Shown one piece after another: positions 58,429 through 64,000 of a stretch of 64,000 bases of DNA. Positions within the stretch are counted from its first letter, which is position 1. Each line of letters starts with the position of its first letter. The position numbers and the translations under genes are program-made. Origin of the DNA: Hormiphora californensis (lineage: Eukaryota; Animalia; Ctenophora); the NCBI GenBank assembly GCA_020137815.1, contig CM035351.1, forward strand, positions 5,332,001-5,396,000, read 5' to 3'. The notes beneath the pieces are model-generated. The model made no database searches. It had not been told where the DNA came from and saw nothing but the letters and a program-made list of their open reading frames with translations.

Positions 58429-59138
58429 TGAAAGAAAGAGAGAGAGACAGAAGGAAGGAGAGAGACAGAAGGAAGGAGAGAGAGCTCCTGACAGCTTCTG
58501 TTGAACAGAGTTCTCATGCAACGACAACTAAAGAGTTGTGACAAGCTGTGAAGCTACTACAGTGAATCCTAATGCTAAAAAAAGCATTTCTCAAGGGATT
58601 CTCATTTCTCACTAGGGTGTGATTTTAGTTTTGGGCAAAAATAGTAAAAATACCAAACACCTGCTCCTGCAGCACCAGCTGTTCCCCAATTGCTCCGTCG
58701 TCCTAGTAACCAACCAGCCGGGCCGCCCTTCAGATTATAATTATAGCAGTTGTATAACGAGTTGTTGACCCCACCCCTTTCTCAACAAAATACGAGTCCT
58801 TATTACTAAAATGCCAACATGGGTTGTTAAAACCGGTTACCCTGTCAGAGCATTTGCCCTGGGTTGTCAGATTGGGAAAATGCAGTTCTCCCACGCACTT
58901 TTGACACCCCCCAACTCCTCACCCTCCCAATCTCTCCCATTAGAATTCCTCACCCTCTGATCCCCAACACCTCACCTAACCCTCCCAATCCCCCCCCCAT
59001 TAGAAGCTGAGATTATTGCGGATAAATAACATTCACGAGGGACACGGGGTGGACAAGTATCTGCATGGTGGGGAGGCATATGAGAACCAGGTTGCCCGGA
59101 CGAACTCAACCAAATCAAATCCTGACCGTAAACCCTGA
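55081..59138 (+). CDS. AMT: Ammonium transporter (Amt family), ~12 exons
   Basis: FIMQ|AGFTMIEVGSVRIKN, WTFQYTFCATASTIVSG|AVAER, FIYPPVAHWLW, DFAGVSAVHMVGG, GTLLLWFGWYGFNCGS, NGILGGLVSVTG, IDDVVDASPVHLFCGTWG; both pore histidines present. The last exon needs one extra G in the run at ~59070 to read HGGEAY. Confidence 0.92.
56508..57000 (-). mobile_element. Helitron remnant in an AMT intron
   Basis: Minus-strand end: hairpin TTCGCCC-GTA-GGGCGAA then ..CTACTAG|T; decayed Rep N-terminal-like peptides (AKFSRDE; FLNSHLDIVRKPRAYNN). 5' end not located. Confidence 0.55.
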
Positions 59139-60018
59139 GAGCTAAGTGCGTGATATGATTTGACTTAGGGTGGATATAATTCGACGTTTCCAAACTATGT
59201 GACCAGTATCAATATCGATATTGAACCGGATTGGACCAACAATATTACTACTAGGTAGTACAATTATGTGGTTCTCGAAGTGGGCTTGCAGTGTCGTTAG
59301 ACACTTTGAACATTTGAACCCTCCTCCACTTCGCCGAATATGGTAGACCTTGTTGTTGTTGAGTAAGGGGCTCTATTGTCATTGAGTCATGGAGACACTC
59401 AACGACCTTGTTCCTGAATCCATGACCCGGGTTTTCATGTGTCACCATGACAACTGTGTGTGCTAGCACGGACAAACAATGCTCCTGCTGACTCTGCTGC
59501 TGCACGTGTCATTTTTATTGGCTGATCTCCAAAATTGTGTAGAACTCTCCTGCTGCTGCTGTAAATGTGTCAGCGTTTTTAAAATTGTATCAAGATGATG
59601 ATATATTGATTTCAAATTTCACATTCGCTTTAAAAATAATGCTTGAGTGTGAGAGTGGTAACAAAATAGTTTTTACATTTGGTCACAGCTTCCCCTACAC
59701 AATACACATAAAGTTCTGAATCTGCTGCAGAAATAATACCGCACCGCACACAGTGGCCTTTTTCATGGGAGTGCAAAAGAAATTTTCGTAAAATTCTTAG
59801 TGACCACCAAAAGGCCACTGTGCCGCACGCAAACAACATAAACAACGAAGAAACACTGAAACCATATCTGTGCAGTATTGCAGTATTACTTATTGAATCC
59901 CCAAAACCATCCCGGTATCAATTTTATCACTGGGCCAATGGCTCCAATACCTAAAACTAGGTGTCCTCGCAAACGAACGACTCCGATATATTCGGTGCCC
60001 CCTAAAACTGTCTCAATG

Positions 60019-63000
60019 TCACCGGCCATCACTCCTTGATCTACTCTGGTCAATGTCCATGGTGTTTAGGAAAGTCTTTACATCCCCAGAGAGTCCCTTC
60101 ACCCATCTCAGGTAGCCCTGTTCCTGCTCAATCGCCATCTTGTACGCTTCCTCTCCTGTTCCTGTAGCGGGGACGTGGGCACTGTTAGGAATGGCCGACA
60201 CTAACAATTTTTTTGTTAGTGTTTTTTGTTAGTGACGTCACTAACAAAAAATTGTTAGTGTTTTCACTAACAAAAAACACTAACAAAAAAATTGTTAGTG
60301 TTTTCAGTTTTCACTAACAAATTTCACTAACAAAAATTTTGTTAGTGTTTTCACTAACAATTTTCACTAACAAAAATTTTGTTAGTGTTTCTAATTGGGG
60401 TGATGGTTATGAGATACAATTCAGGGACGCCATATTGGCAGTGTGAGACGATACGGGTTATGGAACATGATTCGGTGAAGCTTATTAGGATGGTTAGGCG
60501 ACATGAGACACGATTCGGGGAAGGTTTTCTTCGTTTTTCCAGTAACGATACATGGAAAATGAAGATATTTGTGAGTAGACAAGGAATACACCAATTTCAA
60601 GAGAAGAAAACTAAAAACACAAATCAAATAACTTGTCCACGTTTAGTTGCTCTGTCCAGCTCTGTTGAAAGGCTCTCCATTTGAGATATTGCCATTTTGG
60701 CGGATTTTGTGGCAGGTTCGTTCATCTGATCGTGTATGGTGTCGGGGAAGAGTGTGAAGAGCCGTCCAATAGGCCTGTAAACTCTCTTGTAAGTTCACTT
60801 CCTCATTATCAGGTTGGAGTGATATACCGTCGTATCAGTTCACATTGTAAGCGGTTCCGCCGCTAATGAGGTACACCGAATCGTGAGCACTGACCCCGAT
60901 ACGGGATACTGATCACGATTCGGTGTACCTCATGCCGATACGTGATACCTCAAGTGCAGTGGTAATCGGTATGTTTGATAACCGGATCATATGGTGTGGT
61001 AATTGGTTCGTGTGGCAGGGTGATAGGATCATATGGTGGGGTAATCGGTTCGTATTGCACTCCAATTGTTGGACAGAGCAACTAAATGTGAACAAGTCAT
61101 TTGATTTGTGTTTTTAGTGAGTAGACTTATGTGGACAAGTTATTTGATTTGTGCTTTAGTTTCATTCTCTTGAAATTGGTGTATTCCTTGTCTAGTAGAC
61201 AAGGAATACACCAATTTCAAGAGAATAAAACTAAAAACACAAATCAAATAACTTGTCCACATTTAAAGTCTACTCACAAATATCTTCATTTTCCATGTAT
61301 CGTTACTGGAAAAACGAAGAAAACCTTCCCCGAATCGTGTCTCATGTCGCCTAACCATCCTAATAAGCTTCACCGAATCATGTTCCATAACCCGTATCGT
61401 CTCACACTGCCAATATGGCGTCCCTGAATCGTATCTCATAACCATCACCCCAATTAGAAACACTAACAAAATTTTTGTTAGTGAAAATTGTTAGTGAAAA
61501 CACTAACAAAATTTTTGTTAGTGAAATTTGTTAGTGAAAACACTAACAATTTTTTTGTTAGTGTTTTTTGTTAGTGAAAACACTAACAATTTTTTGTTAG
61601 TGACGTCACTAACAAAAAACACTAACAAAAAAATTGTTAGTGTCGGCCATTCCTAACAGTGCCGGGACGTGGGAGTGTTATAGGGGGACGTGGGAGTGTT
61701 ATAGGGGGACGTGGGAGTGTTAACAGTGGAGTTTCTGAACTCTCAACTGCAACAGGTCAAACCCCCAATCATGACAGTGAGTTCCTAGATTAGAGTGTGT
61801 GATCTGCTGTCAAGCTTGGTTTGAGAGCTGACAAACTGGGAACATGTCAAGGTTTCTACTAATCTCAGACTCTATAGATCTTCTTCAAATCCTACCTAGA
61901 TCAACGGTGGCAAAGAACCTCTTGGCTCGTTTCACATCTTCCTCCGACCTCAGATTGGTGATGAGAATGGAGAATAGGTTTCCAAAGTTGAACTGTGTCT
62001 CCCCATACATCTCATAATACTCCTCATAGTGCTCCTGGAGAAAGATATGTGTGATGTGATGTGTGAAATCATATCTTGCTATGTGAAATCATATATCTTT
62101 TTAAGAAGTGGTTGTATTGGATTACACATATCATAACTGGAGTTGCGTCATCGTAGCAGGATTATAATATTCGGGGTATTTATTTTCGTCAAGGAAGTGT
62201 TTAGACATTGTAAGCTAGAGGGTTCCAGAGAATTAGGGAAAGTAATCTACCATTAATGGGTTATGAGGAGATAATGCAGGCGTGCCACAGACCCGGTAAC
62301 GAACATAAAATCAATAGAGCATGGGCCGTGATGTGATAAAAATATCCGAATTATATATGAGATGCTGCAAAAGTGCACATTGATTCCATGTATTGGGTGG
62401 GCCTGAAGTGCAGCATTAGGATAAGAAGAGGTGATCTAGTGCTGTACCAGTCCAAGTTCAGTCATCAACTGCAATCCACAGTGATCTATCGCACATACCA
62501 TGAGGAATGAGAGAGCGAGGGAAGGGTGGTTCCTGATTGGCTGATAACCAGTCACGTGACGTAAATAACGAGTTCTGATTGGTTGTTTACTGGTTCCTGT
62601 CACATACCATGAGGAATGATAGAGCGAGGGAAGGGTGGTGGTAGGACACTGCAGATATCATCTCGTATTTACTTTGTCTCGGTAGCCAGTCCTCTTTCAA
62701 TGAACCTGTCAAGAGTGCAGTTCACATTATACTAGCTAAATGTGTCCAGAGCTTTTAGTTTGATGATGTTTCATCAATCATCTAGCTGATAATAATCATA
62801 TGTCAGTTCAACACTGTCAGAGCATTGGCCTGACAGGTTGAACATAATTTCTTGACATCAAGATGACAGTATCAGTTACTACAAGATATAATTACCTTCT
62901 AGTAGTTTATCAATGATGTCTGTGTCATCAGTAGCTGCTAAACTCCTAAACAGAACTAAATTCCTGGGGTATTTTGCCTTCCTAGCCTCCTCCCAAACCA

Positions 63001-63850
63001 CGCCTGTCTGATTCATATGCACCACTGCATATGTCAGGGCATCTTGATCTAAACTCCTCTTCCTGTCCTCCAACCAGGCATTATATTCTGCCCGGTAAGC
63101 GCCTACCAGACCAGGTACCTCGAATACTAGCCCGTACTGTTGGAGGGCACCCCGAACCATACCCGCCGTTATGGAGTAGTCTTTGGGATGTGTGTGTAGA
63201 GCATTCTCTATCAGCCCACCCAAAAACCTGGGGGAGGGAGGGGGTCACAGATCTGATATTGAATATAGGACTTCGTATCCTAGCTTAGAATTGAATAATC
63301 TATTGAATAATGCAGCTTCATGCAGAAGACGGGCGTCAAATGGGAGATAATAAGATATTATCTTCGTCAAAAGGGAGATATTATCTCCTCTCCATGGAAA
63401 TATATCATCTCCTCTCTTCTTCTCTTTGTGTGCTCTGGCTTACCGGCGGTATCTAGTGCGGGTTGATCCGGCTGACAAGTTGTCTGAGACAGTCCCAAGG
63501 AATGGTAGCGCTTGGCTCCACACCATGTAGGATCGATCGACTGGCAGGTACCTGTGTCAGTGGGTACATGATGGTTACATTGGTCACTTTGAAAGTTTTA
63601 TTTAGCCCTGGCTATCCCATGAGAAAGACCAACCATGATACGCCATCAATCAAGGGTATTGTACCTCATCTATCCACCTACCTCTTCAGTCTCCATCTAC
63701 CTGCTCTCAACCTACCTCAATAGGTCCAATGCCATGGTAACAGGTCTTCGTTGGGTGGTAACCATGGCAATAATATCAGACACAATTCCTGCCCGGTCGT
63801 CTGTTGTAAAGTGTCGCGTGTGGTTCCTACCCAGCTCCCGTACAATAGCG
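60019..63850 (-). CDS. M1-family aminopeptidase, C-terminal (ERAP1_C) exons; gene continues beyond the window
   Basis: Exons 63850-63716, 63551-63444, 63227-62896, 62705-62608, 62034-61896, 60161-60019 splice in frame: DRAGIVSDIIAM..ALDLLRYL..SYMVWSQAL ... YGETQFNFGNLF..RFF..LGTGEEAYKMAIE..LRWV. Confidence 0.85.
60178..61663. mobile_element. Merlin-like non-autonomous foldback element with ~395-bp TIRs and 8-bp TSD
   Basis: Termini GGCACTGTTAGGAATGGCCGACACTAACAA and exact complement; TSD GGGACGTG at 60170-60177 and 61664-61671; CACTAACAAAAA subrepeats inside the TIRs. Confidence 0.82.
61664..61722. repeat. 20-bp tandem repeat GGGACGTGGGAGTGTTATAG(G) x3
   Basis: Read directly; it is the target array of the foldback insertion. 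Confidence 0.85.
62531..62600. mobile_element. Truncated ~100-bp MITE family copy between 39-bp direct repeats
   Basis: Core sequence as at 49727; flanks 62492-62530 and 62601-62639. Confidence 0.8.
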
Positions 63851-63940
63851 CTGAGTGAGGGAGAAATGTGTGAGATAGATATCAAGTGACAAGTCCTATC
63901 TCCTTGTTTTATGGAAGGAAAGAGAGAGATAGGGGAGAGT

Positions 63941-63989
<49 letters not shown>

Positions 63990-64000
63990 GGGAGAGTTAG

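Noticed and set aside
59068-59075. Programmed frameshift or pseudogenisation in the AMT last exon
   Set aside because: A single missing G in a G-run is the typical long-read error and restoring it gives the HGGEAY consensus.
59251-59845. Two short minus-strand ORFs between AMT and the aminopeptidase
   Set aside because: No recognisable motifs or consistent splice structure; probably UTR or TE debris.
60379-61469. ORFs inside the foldback element as a transposase
   Set aside because: They are mirror translations of the TIRs with no DDE motif.

Overview
Eukaryotic, intron-rich animal DNA full of GA/CT microsatellites. It is probably from a ctenophore (Pleurobrachia-like), inferred from a recurring ~100-bp repeat I recall from that genus; I could not verify this. 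Spliced by eye, the window holds seven host genes: an orphan two-exon gene resembling the N-terminus of Polinton/Maverick DNA polymerase (648-2224, -), an MCC homolog (7581-20825, -), an INO80D-like gene (31093-37160, +), a 9-finger C2H2 gene (41604-42965, +), a C3orf84/CIMIP7-like HDNR gene (45609-46803, +), an AMT ammonium transporter (55081-59138, +) and the 3' part of an M1 aminopeptidase (60019-63850, -). Region 22.5-30.3 kb is a nested retroelement cluster: a decayed Penelope copy interrupted by a LINE and by a young ~1.95-kb perfect-palindrome Penelope insertion carrying a 12-bp TSD and candidate hammerhead motifs. Other mobile DNA includes a tRNA-Gly SINE, a Merlin-like foldback element, a mariner-like element, a Helitron remnant and several MITEs. 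Region ~13.3-17.1 kb and part of the large MCC exon look like low-accuracy long-read sequence. All homology calls come from motif recall, not from searches.
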